This document shows, one piece after another, positions 49,013 through 57,941 of a stretch of DNA of 64,000 nt. The notes beneath the pieces are model-generated. The model searched no databases. It was not told the origin of the DNA and worked only from the letters and a program-made list of their open reading frames with translations. The number at the start of each line of letters is the position of its first letter. Positions within the stretch are counted from its first letter, which is position 1. The position numbers and the translations under genes are program-made. This stretch comes from a virus (lineage: Duplodnaviria; Caudoviricetes). The DNA lies in the IMG/VR virus record IMGVR_UViG_3300033067_001743, positions 32,001 through 96,000 of that record; one strand, 5' to 3'.

Positions 49013-49495
49013 TTAAAATGGTAGTAAATCAAATTCTGCATAATCATAACTTAATGTTAAGTTTACTTCTACAATACCCTCTTCTCCCCATCCCATATCT
49101 CCAAATGAAACACTATTGTAAAATGCACCTCTTAATTTCCATGTTCCTATTGGTAAACCCATTGGATTTAAAGATACTATTTGTAAATTATGCTTGTACG
49201 ACCTTGCTCTAAAATCTGTTGCTGTTTTTGTTATTTGATGTTGTTGTAAATATGCATAAAACATAGGAACTGTTATCCCCTCAAATTGATAACAGGTCAT
49301 ACTTATATCGTTCCAGTTTGTCTTCCCCTTAACCTTTATATTTGAGTTTCCATATTCTAACTTTATAGGATTGTTCTCAAAGGTTGGCTGTTGGGCTGAT
49401 TTAGCAAATAACGCTGCACCCGGCAATCGACTGGTTAATATCGTATACCGGAACTGTAACTGTGGATGAAGTATTTCTGGTCTTGCTAATCTCAT
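49013..49495 (-). CDS. tail tube protein paralog 2 (gp19-like)
   Basis: Same motif set; likely start ATG 49495 (MRLARPE). Confidence 0.88.
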   Translation of the reverse strand: MRLARPEILHPQLQFRYTILTSRLPGAALFAKSAQQPTFENNPIKLEYGNSNIKVKGKTNWNDISMTCYQFEGITVPMFYAYLQQHQITKTATDFRARSYKHNLQIVSLNPMGLPIGTWKLRGAFYNSVSFGDMGWGEEGIVEVNLTLSYDYAEFDLLPF

Positions 49496-49502
49496 ATTCA
49501 AT

Positions 49503-49510
49503 ATAAATAT
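49503..49510 (-). promoter_or_regulatory. candidate late promoter ATATTTAT
   Basis: 7 nt upstream of tube ATG 49495. Confidence 0.55.
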
Positions 49511-49554
49511 CAAACCTTTGATAATTTTATCAATTGTTAATAATTTGCAAACGA

Positions 49555-49586
49555 TTTGGTAGTTCAAAAACCTTCCAGTATCTTTG
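49555..49586 (+). promoter_or_regulatory. Bacteroidota sigma-A type promoter
   Basis: TTTG-N20-TATCTTTG, exact consensus. Confidence 0.85.
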
Positions 49587-49608
49587 TACTATCAAAAAAG
49601 GAAACACA

Positions 49609-49791
49609 ATGAAATATTTGAAAATTTACACTAATCAACCTGAACTGATTCCTGATTACCTAAAAGAGGCTTTAACATATGTTGGGCTTTTAATGGTTGA
49701 TCTTGATCCCTTTGATGTTTTGGTTCAAATGATCCCATTTGAAAAGATGGAAGTCATTGAAAACGGAATTATAATTGAAACATTTTACTAA
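49609..49791 (+). CDS. small hypothetical protein (probable early gene)
   Basis: ATG 49609 (MKYLKIYTNQ) just after the promoter. Confidence 0.6.
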   Translation: MKYLKIYTNQPELIPDYLKEALTYVGLLMVDLDPFDVLVQMIPFEKMEVIENGIIIETFY

Positions 49792-49809
49792 ACCTTTAAA
49801 TCTTTACAC

Positions 49810-50115
49810 ATGGATTTTATCTTTGATCTTTTGGGAATTCTTTTAAAATTTTTGTTTGGAACTACATTTGGTTGGTTGTGTACTTTGATCGGTGCAACTT
49901 GGATCATTACCACTTACCGAAAAAAGACAGGAGAGGTTGATTCCAGATTTGTTGAAACCAACCAAACTCGAAACGAACTTCGAAAAAGAAACAAGGCAGC
50001 AATGGAAAACCTTGACGGTCCACCTGTTAGTTCGAAAAATGTTCGAGGTGGTTATTACAATGAGTCCGAAAATACGATTGTAAACGGACAAATAGTTAAA
50101 CCTCCTAAAAAATAA
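49810..50115 (+). CDS. membrane-anchored hypothetical protein
   Basis: N-terminal hydrophobic helix followed by a charged tail; ends before a terminator. Confidence 0.65.
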   Translation: MDFIFDLLGILLKFLFGTTFGWLCTLIGATWIITTYRKKTGEVDSRFVETNQTRNELRKRNKAAMENLDGPPVSSKNVRGGYYNESENTIVNGQIVKPPKK

Positions 50116-50152
50116 GTTTGTGAAACCGCCAATTGATTAGTCACTCAAAAAC

Positions 50153-50196
50153 AAAAAGGGTTGCCCGCAATTAAGCAGGCAGCCCTTCTTTCTTTT
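50153..50196. terminator. bidirectional intrinsic terminator
   Basis: AAGGGTTGCC...GGCAGCCCTT stem with an A-run before and a T-run after; between convergent genes. Confidence 0.85.
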
Positions 50197-50207
50197 ATAC
50201 CTTATGC

Positions 50208-50594
50208 TTACTCAGCAGGAGGAGTGTTAACTGAATTGTTCACATCAATAACTGCGGCTGTTAAGTCTAAGTTAGCGTCTGCGAATGCCTCAAGTGCGGC
50301 CTCTACATTTGCATCTGGGTGTGTTATAACCTTCTTCAAATTAGCACGGTATGTTGCTTCCTGTTCTTCTGTTAAAGAACCTACAAACGTACCAGCACCT
50401 TGTGTGATGCCTGCAATACCTGCAACATAGTCATCTAAGTTTGCATCAGGATCAACACCTTCAATTTTGTAAAGTGCATCCATAGCAGTTGCACCTGCAA
50501 TAAAAGCCTTCTCTACAAGAACTTCAAGTTCGTCGTTTGTGAAATCTAATCCAGCAACAAGTTCGTCTATTACTGTTGATAATCTGTTTGACAT
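50208..50594 (-). CDS. acidic helical hypothetical protein
   Basis: 128 aa ORF with GGAG SD; follows the holin. Confidence 0.65.
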   Translation of the reverse strand: MSNRLSTVIDELVAGLDFTNDELEVLVEKAFIAGATAMDALYKIEGVDPDANLDDYVAGIAGITQGAGTFVGSLTEEQEATYRANLKKVITHPDANVEAALEAFADANLDLTAAVIDVNNSVNTPPAE

Positions 50595-50629
50595 TTGGAA
50601 ATCTCCGTTTTTAAAAAAGTTTGTTTTAC

Positions 50630-50872
50630 TTATTTTAAGTTTTTCATGTCAAGTGATGTTCTTGATCCTTGTAATGCAAGTAATGCAGTTCCAAGCCATT
50701 TTAAAACATCAGAAACACCTTGTGGAATTGTGATAACTCCAAGTAATGTGCCTTGATCTGCAAAGTAAATAATTGTACCTAAAATCAATACAATTAAGGT
50801 TGCTACTTTTGCATTTTTGGCTTTAAACTTATCCCATAATTGAACAAGTAATGCAGTTAAAAAATCATTCAT
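50630..50872 (-). CDS. putative holin
   Basis: Likely start ATG 50872 with AGGAG SD; two TM helices, basic ends. Confidence 0.6.
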   Translation of the reverse strand: MNDFLTALLVQLWDKFKAKNAKVATLIVLILGTIIYFADQGTLLGVITIPQGVSDVLKWLGTALLALQGSRTSLDMKNLK

Positions 50873-50897
50873 TTTTATTTCTCCTATATATTTTTTG

Positions 50898-51374
50898 TTA
50901 AGAATACTCAGCGTGATCATAAGCGATTGTTAAATCTACTTGGATCACGTCATCTGTACCGTAATCCATTTCACCCCACTTCACCCCACTATAGAAGGCT
51001 CCTATGAGTTTCCAAGTTCCAACTGGTGTTGAACCATCTGGTGCAAGGATTTGAATCTGTAAATCGTGTTTATACGATGTTGCGTACTGGTCTTCTGCTC
51101 CGGGAACGGCTTGGTGTTGTTGTAAGTAATCCCAAAATTGTAAGGCTGTTATACCTTCAAATTGGTAACAACTCATGGTCAAATCGTCCCAACGTGTTTT
51201 TCCCTTAACCTTGAAATAATAGTTGATATGCTCAACTGAAACAGGGGCATTTTCAAAGCCGGGTTGTTGTGAACTACGTGCATAAAACTGTGCGCCGGGT
51301 AATTTTGATGTCAAAACCTTATATCTAAACTGTAGACTTGGTTTGTAGGCATCTGGTGTTACTACTCTTGGCAT
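50898..51374 (-). CDS. major tail tube protein (gp19-like)
   Basis: Directly after the sheath gene; FRY...KVKGKTRWDD...W.L.GAF...IAYD. Confidence 0.9.
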   Translation of the reverse strand: MPRVVTPDAYKPSLQFRYKVLTSKLPGAQFYARSSQQPGFENAPVSVEHINYYFKVKGKTRWDDLTMSCYQFEGITALQFWDYLQQHQAVPGAEDQYATSYKHDLQIQILAPDGSTPVGTWKLIGAFYSGVKWGEMDYGTDDVIQVDLTIAYDHAEYS

Positions 51375-51442
51375 TTTATATTTCCTCTATTTTTCAGTCA
51401 ACTTAATGACTTTACATATAACTATTATCTGGTTAAAATTTT

Positions 51443-53287
51443 TTATTCCTTCGCATCAACTGGGAATACTGCACCTGTTGGCAATACTACAAAGTCTACT
51501 ATGATAAATTCGGCTGTTTTAGCAGGTTTCAAGTAGATTTGTGCTCTCATTTCATTTCTGTCAACAACGTCTGGGGTGTTATTTCTTTCGTCGATTATAA
51601 TTCTATAATCGTATAAACCTTGTTGGTTTTGAACATTCCTGAAATATGGCTCCACTAACTCAATGAATTTCGCACGAGTTTCGACTGTGTTGTTCTCAAA
51701 CACTAAATACTTAACTGTGTATGATACGAACCTTTTTGCGTCAATCAAAAGCCTTCTAACGTTAATACGGTCAAGTGCTGAACGTTTCTTCTGCAAGGTT
51801 TTTTGTCCCCATACTGTAATACCCTGACGAGGGAATGTAGCAATAGGATTTATAGACTTAATGTATAGATTATCTCTATCATTTTGAGTCATTAACCTTT
51901 CAGTTTGTATAACTGTATCCAATCCACCTCTATTCAAACCTGCTGGGGCAAACCAAGGATGTGCTACCAAGTCATTGAAAGAGTAAACTGCTGAAACAAC
52001 TGCTGATGGTGGAACCCACACATTCCTTCCCAAATCTGGGTCTGGAATTTGACACCAAGGATAGTACATAGCAGCATAATTTGTATTACGTGCTTCTGCT
52101 GTCTGTTGTGCTTGTCCTACTGTAGAACCTTTATACGTTGGATCAATGATGTACATAATATCACCACGATCTTCACACATATTAATACCACGAGTTATTA
52201 TCGCTCCATGACCTGTTGCATTATCCAACAATCCCGGTGTAAACAACAAATTGATGTCGTATTGGTCTTTGTTACTCAAAATGTCAATAGCGTCTTGGTA
52301 AGCAGTTTGTCCCCATCCACCTGATGCCGGATTAAATCCTTGTGTATTTACATCTTTAATGTTTTCATACATTGCTCTTGGGTGAAGTACATTACCCTCA
52401 CTACCACCTGCAAAAGTTCCTGATGCAGCCTGTGGAAGTGATCCTGATAATGATCCTGCCCTTATCTGTCCTGCTGCATTCAAATATGCTAATGTGTTTT
52501 GCACACCTTCTACACGAATAAACCTTGATCTATTTGGAAATGATCCTGATCGTTCTAAATATGGAGCACCCGATGAATCGTATCTTAACGTATTTGTTTG
52601 GTCTCCAATTACACGAGAAATGTAATTAGTTGTATCTGGATCAAGACTCAATTGTGAGTATTGTTCTAATACTATTTTTCTATTTGGAAGATCATCACCC
52701 CTACGAATATAAAGATCAAATACACCTCTATTTTGGTCAACGTTTGCTATCTCCCAACGAATGTTGTAGGCAGAACCTGACAACAACAATCCATTTACTC
52801 CATCTTCATCAGAAGTTAATCCAGAGCCTGATACAGATGCTGATAATTGACCACTGTTTAGGGCTTCACCTTCACTAAGTCCTACAATCTTAAATGACAT
52901 GTTATTAGCACCATATGACGCTGTTCCAGTAGATGCAGATACAGCATAAGAACCTGATGACCATACATAAGAATATGCTGGTTGATAGTTTCCATTAAGT
53001 ATCCTAACTACTGTCATAACTTCACCATGACGCAAATACTCTTGTACACAGTGAGTTGTTAAATATTTATACATTCTCTGACTTGCACCAGAACCTGAAA
53101 CAAATATATCTCCAAACCATCTTATGTATTCGCTATATGTACTAATAGGAGTAGGTGAAAAGGCTGGACCTCTAACAGTTGGTCCGATTACGGCTGCACC
53201 AACTGCTGGAATTTGCTGTGGTAAAAAACTTAAATCAAATTCCCTTGTAAAAACTCCCGCCGAAAGAAAGACATTATTACTTGCCAT
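51443..53287 (-). CDS. tail sheath protein
   Basis: S.GVFTRE.D, GPT..GP, PWFAPAG.NRG, INPI, WGQKT, RINVRRL, FENN, AEFI. Confidence 0.97.
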   Translation of the reverse strand: MASNNVFLSAGVFTREFDLSFLPQQIPAVGAAVIGPTVRGPAFSPTPISTYSEYIRWFGDIFVSGSGASQRMYKYLTTHCVQEYLRHGEVMTVVRILNGNYQPAYSYVWSSGSYAVSASTGTASYGANNMSFKIVGLSEGEALNSGQLSASVSGSGLTSDEDGVNGLLLSGSAYNIRWEIANVDQNRGVFDLYIRRGDDLPNRKIVLEQYSQLSLDPDTTNYISRVIGDQTNTLRYDSSGAPYLERSGSFPNRSRFIRVEGVQNTLAYLNAAGQIRAGSLSGSLPQAASGTFAGGSEGNVLHPRAMYENIKDVNTQGFNPASGGWGQTAYQDAIDILSNKDQYDINLLFTPGLLDNATGHGAIITRGINMCEDRGDIMYIIDPTYKGSTVGQAQQTAEARNTNYAAMYYPWCQIPDPDLGRNVWVPPSAVVSAVYSFNDLVAHPWFAPAGLNRGGLDTVIQTERLMTQNDRDNLYIKSINPIATFPRQGITVWGQKTLQKKRSALDRINVRRLLIDAKRFVSYTVKYLVFENNTVETRAKFIELVEPYFRNVQNQQGLYDYRIIIDERNNTPDVVDRNEMRAQIYLKPAKTAEFIIVDFVVLPTGAVFPVDAKE

Positions 53288-53340
53288 TCATATTCCTCAT
53301 TATTTTAATTTGTAAGACTTGAAAATCCTACTGTTCATCT

Positions 53341-53348
53341 ATAAATAT
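53341..53348 (-). promoter_or_regulatory. candidate late promoter ATATTTAT
   Basis: Intergenic, upstream of the sheath gene. Confidence 0.6.
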
Positions 53349-53369
53349 TGTCAAAAAAATCGAAACCAA

Positions 53370-53651
53370 TTACAACAATCCCTTCTTTCCAGATAGATTA
53401 ATTGTCCTTATAGACTCTTGTATATTTAATGATGATCTCTGTAAAAATTTTTCTATTGGCTCAAACTTTTTATATCCAACATATACAAATCCTTCTTTAA
53501 TTGTTAAAGCAGCATTTGGATATTTTCTGGCTATAATTCCACTAATATTTGTGAACCTTTTCTTTTGTTCTTCTGTCATTACAAAAGGTTCACTCTTAAC
53601 AACAGGCTTCATTTTTCCAAATAGCCTTTCATAATTTTTCTTCAAATCCAT
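53370..53651 (-). CDS. hypothetical protein
   Basis: 93 aa ORF with AAGGA SD. Confidence 0.6.
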   Translation of the reverse strand: MDLKKNYERLFGKMKPVVKSEPFVMTEEQKKRFTNISGIIARKYPNAALTIKEGFVYVGYKKFEPIEKFLQRSSLNIQESIRTINLSGKKGLL

Positions 53652-53666
53652 TTTTTATCCTTATTT

Positions 53667-54836
53667 TCAACGAACATATATTTTTAATGGTACATAACTT
53701 AATTGTTTACTCATTGCATCTGCAATTGCACTTTTTCTTTCTAATTGTGCTTGCATAGATGTTGAATCTAATGTTTCTTTTAATTCTGTTAATAATGCTT
53801 CTTTTTCTGTTGCAGCAGCACTTAATAAATCTGATCCATTTAATGTAACCTCACCATCTGGAATTGGCATTGATGAGTATTTTGATCTAATATATCCCAA
53901 CATTTCTTTACAGATTGCAAGGGTATATTTTCGTATCCACTGTTTACCAATTTCATTAATATATCTATATGTTATATTTTGATATGGTATATTAGATATG
54001 TCACTTATTTTACCTGAACCACCATCTCCGTTTAAATCAAAATTAGTACCTTCTGCATCAAGTGAATAATGGAACCATAAATTAAATGATGTACTTGGTA
54101 TTGGGAATATTCTAAGTCTATTTCCAGTCAATTGAAAACTATATCCACTTTTCCTTATTTCATCATTAAATTCTATTTGCTGCATTCTCAATACATCATA
54201 GTATATTGGCATGAGCATATATGTTCCGGGTAAAGTGTAATTATTCCACCCAAATTCATTTGTTACTGCATCTGCAATTGTTCCTGCGGCTGGATCATTA
54301 TATCGTACTGATGCAGGTTTTAATTTATGAAATATTTTTCTAATGGTAAATTGATCTGTAGCAAATGATCCTGTTTCAATTGTTGTATCATTTATTAAAT
54401 TGTATACTTGTTTTCCCTGAACAACAGAAACCGATCCTGTGTAGTACGTTTGTGTTCCACCAGCACCAACCTCTGACCCATATGCTTTTGCTAACCTGAA
54501 TATACCTCTTAGTGTCTGTGGGATGTATTTTCCAGACAGATTTGAACTTCCTGTTGGAAATCCTTGTAAATTAATTAAATTATCCCTTGCTTGGTAGAAA
54601 TTAACTAAGGCTCCATATTCATTTGTCGCTTCTTCAAATGCAGCATAAAAATTAATTTCATTTAATTCTACATCTGCTATTGGAAAACCTAATCGAAGAG
54701 CAGCCCACTTTGCAGTAGATTCAGCGTCATCTTGGAAATCTGGATCATTATCATAAAAACCAAAGGGAGTATATGTTAATGGAAAGAAAGAACCTGATCC
54801 GGGCCAAATGTCTATGTTTGGGTCTGTTTGAGACAT
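53667..54836 (-). CDS. neck/head-tail adaptor protein (T4 gp13-like)
   Basis: RLGFPIADVEL, WIRKYTLA..KEMLG.IRSKY..MPIP.GEVTLNG. Confidence 0.85.
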   Translation of the reverse strand: MSQTDPNIDIWPGSGSFFPLTYTPFGFYDNDPDFQDDAESTAKWAALRLGFPIADVELNEINFYAAFEEATNEYGALVNFYQARDNLINLQGFPTGSSNLSGKYIPQTLRGIFRLAKAYGSEVGAGGTQTYYTGSVSVVQGKQVYNLINDTTIETGSFATDQFTIRKIFHKLKPASVRYNDPAAGTIADAVTNEFGWNNYTLPGTYMLMPIYYDVLRMQQIEFNDEIRKSGYSFQLTGNRLRIFPIPSTSFNLWFHYSLDAEGTNFDLNGDGGSGKISDISNIPYQNITYRYINEIGKQWIRKYTLAICKEMLGYIRSKYSSMPIPDGEVTLNGSDLLSAAATEKEALLTELKETLDSTSMQAQLERKSAIADAMSKQLSYVPLKIYVR

Positions 54837-55108
54837 TAAACTTTTCCTACTACCCTATAAAGATACTGTGCTATTTTGTTAGCATCATCCCTTGAAAAAG
54901 AAATTTTTGTATTTGCCTTTTTGTCTTCTAATATAACCAAAGTACTACCAACATCAACCCATATATTTCCGAACCTTCTGGCTGTATTTGATACTGGCTT
55001 TTTTGGCTTAAAAGCATCAGGTTTCTCCATTGGAGGTTCTTCATTTAAAACAGACTCTACTAATTTCCTAACCCTCAATCGAAGTTTAGTTTCTAATTCT
55101 TTATTCAT
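54836..55108 (-). CDS. hypothetical protein (possible internal head protein)
   Basis: KLR..VRKLVESVLNE leader. Confidence 0.6.
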   Translation of the reverse strand: MNKELETKLRLRVRKLVESVLNEEPPMEKPDAFKPKKPVSNTARRFGNIWVDVGSTLVILEDKKANTKISFSRDDANKIAQYLYRVVGKV

Positions 55109-55438
55109 TTAACAGTCCTCTCCTTCTGGAAATAGTACTTTTAATTTTTGATATGCTTGTTCGTATATATTTGTCCAATTAGACAAATCATATTCGAATT
55201 CTATTTGAAACCAGTGTTGAACTTGTGCTCTATTTTCCCTTGCACCTTCATCAGGCCATACATAAATTAATGCTGTTGATTCTAATTTTTTAATCCACTT
55301 TAATTTTTGACTTCCATCTAGTAGATTTTCAAAAAATTCGTAGTCTGCACTCACACTATTTACATTCTGAACCTTTAGGTATGCTTCCTCTAAAAGGGTA
55401 TCATCTGGTAATTGAAAATTTTTTACTTTTAATGCCAT
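55109..55438 (-). CDS. tail-fibre-associated small protein
   Basis: MAL....AYLKV...NIYEQAY..LK.....EDC pattern seen next to fibre genes. Confidence 0.55.
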   Translation of the reverse strand: MALKVKNFQLPDDTLLEEAYLKVQNVNSVSADYEFFENLLDGSQKLKWIKKLESTALIYVWPDEGARENRAQVQHWFQIEFEYDLSNWTNIYEQAYQKLKVLFPEGEDC

Positions 55439-55439
55439 T

Positions 55440-55679
55440 TTATGCTTTTGATTTTTTGATTTTTGGTTTAGGTTCTACTATTTCTGGTTGAATTTCAGGT
55501 GTTTCTATTACTGTTACAACTGGTATTTCAACTGGTACTTCTTCTATAACAGGTTCTGGTTCAACTATAGGTGTTTTAACTTCTAAAGGTTTAACTGTTG
55601 CCTTAACTTTAGGTTCTACAATTTCTACTTTTTTTGATAACAGGTTCTGCCATGCAGCCCACTTACTATTTTGATTCAT
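55440..55679 (-). CDS. low-complexity P/E/V/I/K protein
   Basis: 79 aa ORF with AAGGAG SD. Confidence 0.55.
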   Translation of the reverse strand: MNQNSKWAAWQNLLSKKVEIVEPKVKATVKPLEVKTPIVEPEPVIEEVPVEIPVVTVIETPEIQPEIVEPKPKIKKSKA

Positions 55680-55696
55680 TTTGATCTCCTTTTAAT

Positions 55697-55704
55697 ATAA
55701 ATAT
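55697..55704 (-). promoter_or_regulatory. candidate late promoter ATATTTAT
   Basis: Intergenic, 17 nt upstream of ATG 55679. Confidence 0.6.
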
Positions 55705-55716
55705 CTTTTTCTATTC

Positions 55717-57378
55717 TCAAAGAATTAATGCACATTCGTAAAACAATCCTGTTGCGTTTTGTGGTACTTTACAGTGAAGAAAACTCAATGTATTAGACCC
55801 ATCTATTAATGTAGATAATGCTAATTTATTTTGTATTTGATCACCTACAGAACCAACAATTGTTGGAATTGGAGTTATAGGAGTTAACTCTCTATTTCTC
55901 ACATCCAATCTAAAAACTCCAATTGGGCCTGCCCCGGTAGTAAATGGAGCATAAAAATAAATATATCTACCTTCTTTAGATATTCCATCATATACAAATC
56001 CCATTCCTGTTATTGGAGTTATTAAATTCGCATAGTTAGGTGTAGTGGAGTAACTAGACCAGACACCAGTAGCAGCACCTGATATATCTAATACGTCCAT
56101 AGGATTTCCACCTGTAGCGGCTGCTCTGGTACTATATATCATAGATGGTTTAATAAATAGTGATGGATCAACAACCCCAAAAATTTGTTCTGAACCAATT
56201 CCAGCAGTTGATGGAGCAGATGTTCTGGCTGCCCAAGTTGAGGTATCCCATGTATTGGCCCCAACATTATAGTTGTAGACAGTTGTTGCATTTGTTAAAA
56301 ATATAATTTTATCATTATCATTCTCAATAACAAACTTACAAGTTGATGAAGGTGTTACTGTCCAGTTAGAAGCCAATGTATAAACCGGACTTGGTCCTGC
56401 TGTGTGGGAAGTTATTCTTCTCCTTTGTCCTACTGCTGTTGGAGTTGTTGCATCTTCCACAATCCTAACTTGGAAGTTTCTAAATTGATTTGCTATTAAA
56501 GTAGCATCACCATTAGAAGATTGTCCTGTTATTGTCCCAGCAGCAGTTGCAGTAGCAAGTAAACAGTTCTTTGCCCATGAACCTGAATCATATGTAGATG
56601 CTCCAACTACAAAACCTTCTCCCGGATACCTATTATAAGGTACAAATGATTCATCTAATATTACTATATCGTTAAATACAACACCTACTGTTGCTGGAAG
56701 GTTTGTAGTGGATAATGCGACAGATGTAATGCCTGTTGCTATGTCATGGTTTCTCCATTCTTTTGAAGCGCCTGTTGACAACATCCATAATTTACCAGAA
56801 AGTAATTCATATCTACTACCTGATGTTGGTGTAAAGGTTAGTGGTTCATTCAAATATACTTGAATAGTAGACCCAGATGAATTTGCTACTATTCTTCTTT
56901 CTTCTATTTTCCCAGAAGAACCCGAATTATTATCAATAATCCTTAATATATACCCAAGACCATCCCCTCGGTCTGCAAGTTGATTTATATCTACGTTTCC
57001 AGTTGATATATTATTTAACCATAACATTGAAGTGGTTGCAGAACCTGTTGGTTGTGCTGATGAACCTGATATTGATCCAGTTGGACCACCAGAGGGCTGA
57101 AAATCCCAAGCCACAGCACTTGTTACTGTTCCTCCTAATGTTTGAGAGAATTGATTGTTTTTCCATCCGTTTGTAGTGGCATTATATGATTGGTATATTG
57201 TTGTAGATGCTATAAACAAGTATTTCCTTGGATCAGCATAGTTTCTACTTCTCCTATCAAATGCAAACCCCCCGTTAACACTTCCTGCTGGTACACCATA
57301 AGTGGCAGTTGGTTGTACTGCTATACCACGCCATTGTATTTTATCTAAGTATTTTTTACTATTATTTGTTATTGCCAT
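55717..57378 (-). CDS. beta-rich (propeller-like) virion/receptor-binding protein
   Basis: 553 aa, T/S/G-rich; YN...N.W Kelch-like blades; duplicated RI.....RRI insert. Confidence 0.6.
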   Translation of the reverse strand: MAITNNSKKYLDKIQWRGIAVQPTATYGVPAGSVNGGFAFDRRSRNYADPRKYLFIASTTIYQSYNATTNGWKNNQFSQTLGGTVTSAVAWDFQPSGGPTGSISGSSAQPTGSATTSMLWLNNISTGNVDINQLADRGDGLGYILRIIDNNSGSSGKIEERRIVANSSGSTIQVYLNEPLTFTPTSGSRYELLSGKLWMLSTGASKEWRNHDIATGITSVALSTTNLPATVGVVFNDIVILDESFVPYNRYPGEGFVVGASTYDSGSWAKNCLLATATAAGTITGQSSNGDATLIANQFRNFQVRIVEDATTPTAVGQRRRITSHTAGPSPVYTLASNWTVTPSSTCKFVIENDNDKIIFLTNATTVYNYNVGANTWDTSTWAARTSAPSTAGIGSEQIFGVVDPSLFIKPSMIYSTRAAATGGNPMDVLDISGAATGVWSSYSTTPNYANLITPITGMGFVYDGISKEGRYIYFYAPFTTGAGPIGVFRLDVRNRELTPITPIPTIVGSVGDQIQNKLALSTLIDGSNTLSFLHCKVPQNATGLFYECALIL

Positions 57379-57389
57379 ACTGTATTATT

Positions 57390-57938
57390 TTAAGTGGTTA
57401 TTAATTGTAATCTGGTGTTTTGAAATGCTATATTTAATAATTGATCATTAATAGATATTGTCGTAGGTACACCAGAACTTTGGTTTAATGTGGTAACAGT
57501 TGATACAGTGGTAACAGTTGATACAGTAGTAACAGCAGAGCAAGTTCCCAATGATGTTAAAACACCAGACGTTATTTTAAGACCTCCTACCGCATCTACA
57601 AAATTTGGGTTAGCAACAATTTTAATTAACTCTTTAATTTCTATTGCCAAATCAGATATATTAGTGTCTTGGTTATCTGAGTTATCATAAAAAATCTGTA
57701 ATACATCTGAATTAGAATATGATGTTGTGTCAAATTCCAAAGTTAATACATTATTTGCAAAATTTGTATACCCATATCCACTAATATATGGATTGTATAT
57801 TATTGTTTCTCTTGTTAAATTAACGATAATCAATACTTGCCATATCCTTAAATCATATATACCAGACAGTGTAATTGTCTTAGTTGCCGCATTGAACAGG
57901 TATGAACTATTACCATTACCTACTATTTTTTTACTCAT
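57390..57938 (-). CDS. tail-fibre-associated protein
   Basis: YLFNA..KTITL...I.N.T...IIYN...LTL.FDT.....D.LQIFYD; VTTVST repeats. Confidence 0.6.
   Translation of the reverse strand: MSKKIVGNGNSSYLFNAATKTITLSGIYDLRIWQVLIIVNLTRETIIYNPYISGYGYTNFANNVLTLEFDTTSYSNSDVLQIFYDNSDNQDTNISDLAIEIKELIKIVANPNFVDAVGGLKITSGVLTSLGTCSAVTTVSTVTTVSTVTTLNQSSGVPTTISINDQLLNIAFQNTRLQLITT
57490..57535. repeat. 18-bp tandem repeat, about 2.5 copies
   Basis: GTGGTAACAGTTGATACA x2 plus a partial copy; encodes VTTVST. Confidence 0.9.
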
Positions 57939-57941
57939 GTT

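Noticed and set aside
37192-54836. Bacterial extracellular contractile injection system or tailocin
   Set aside because: It is embedded among phage replication genes and includes a T4-like neck protein, consistent with a true phage tail
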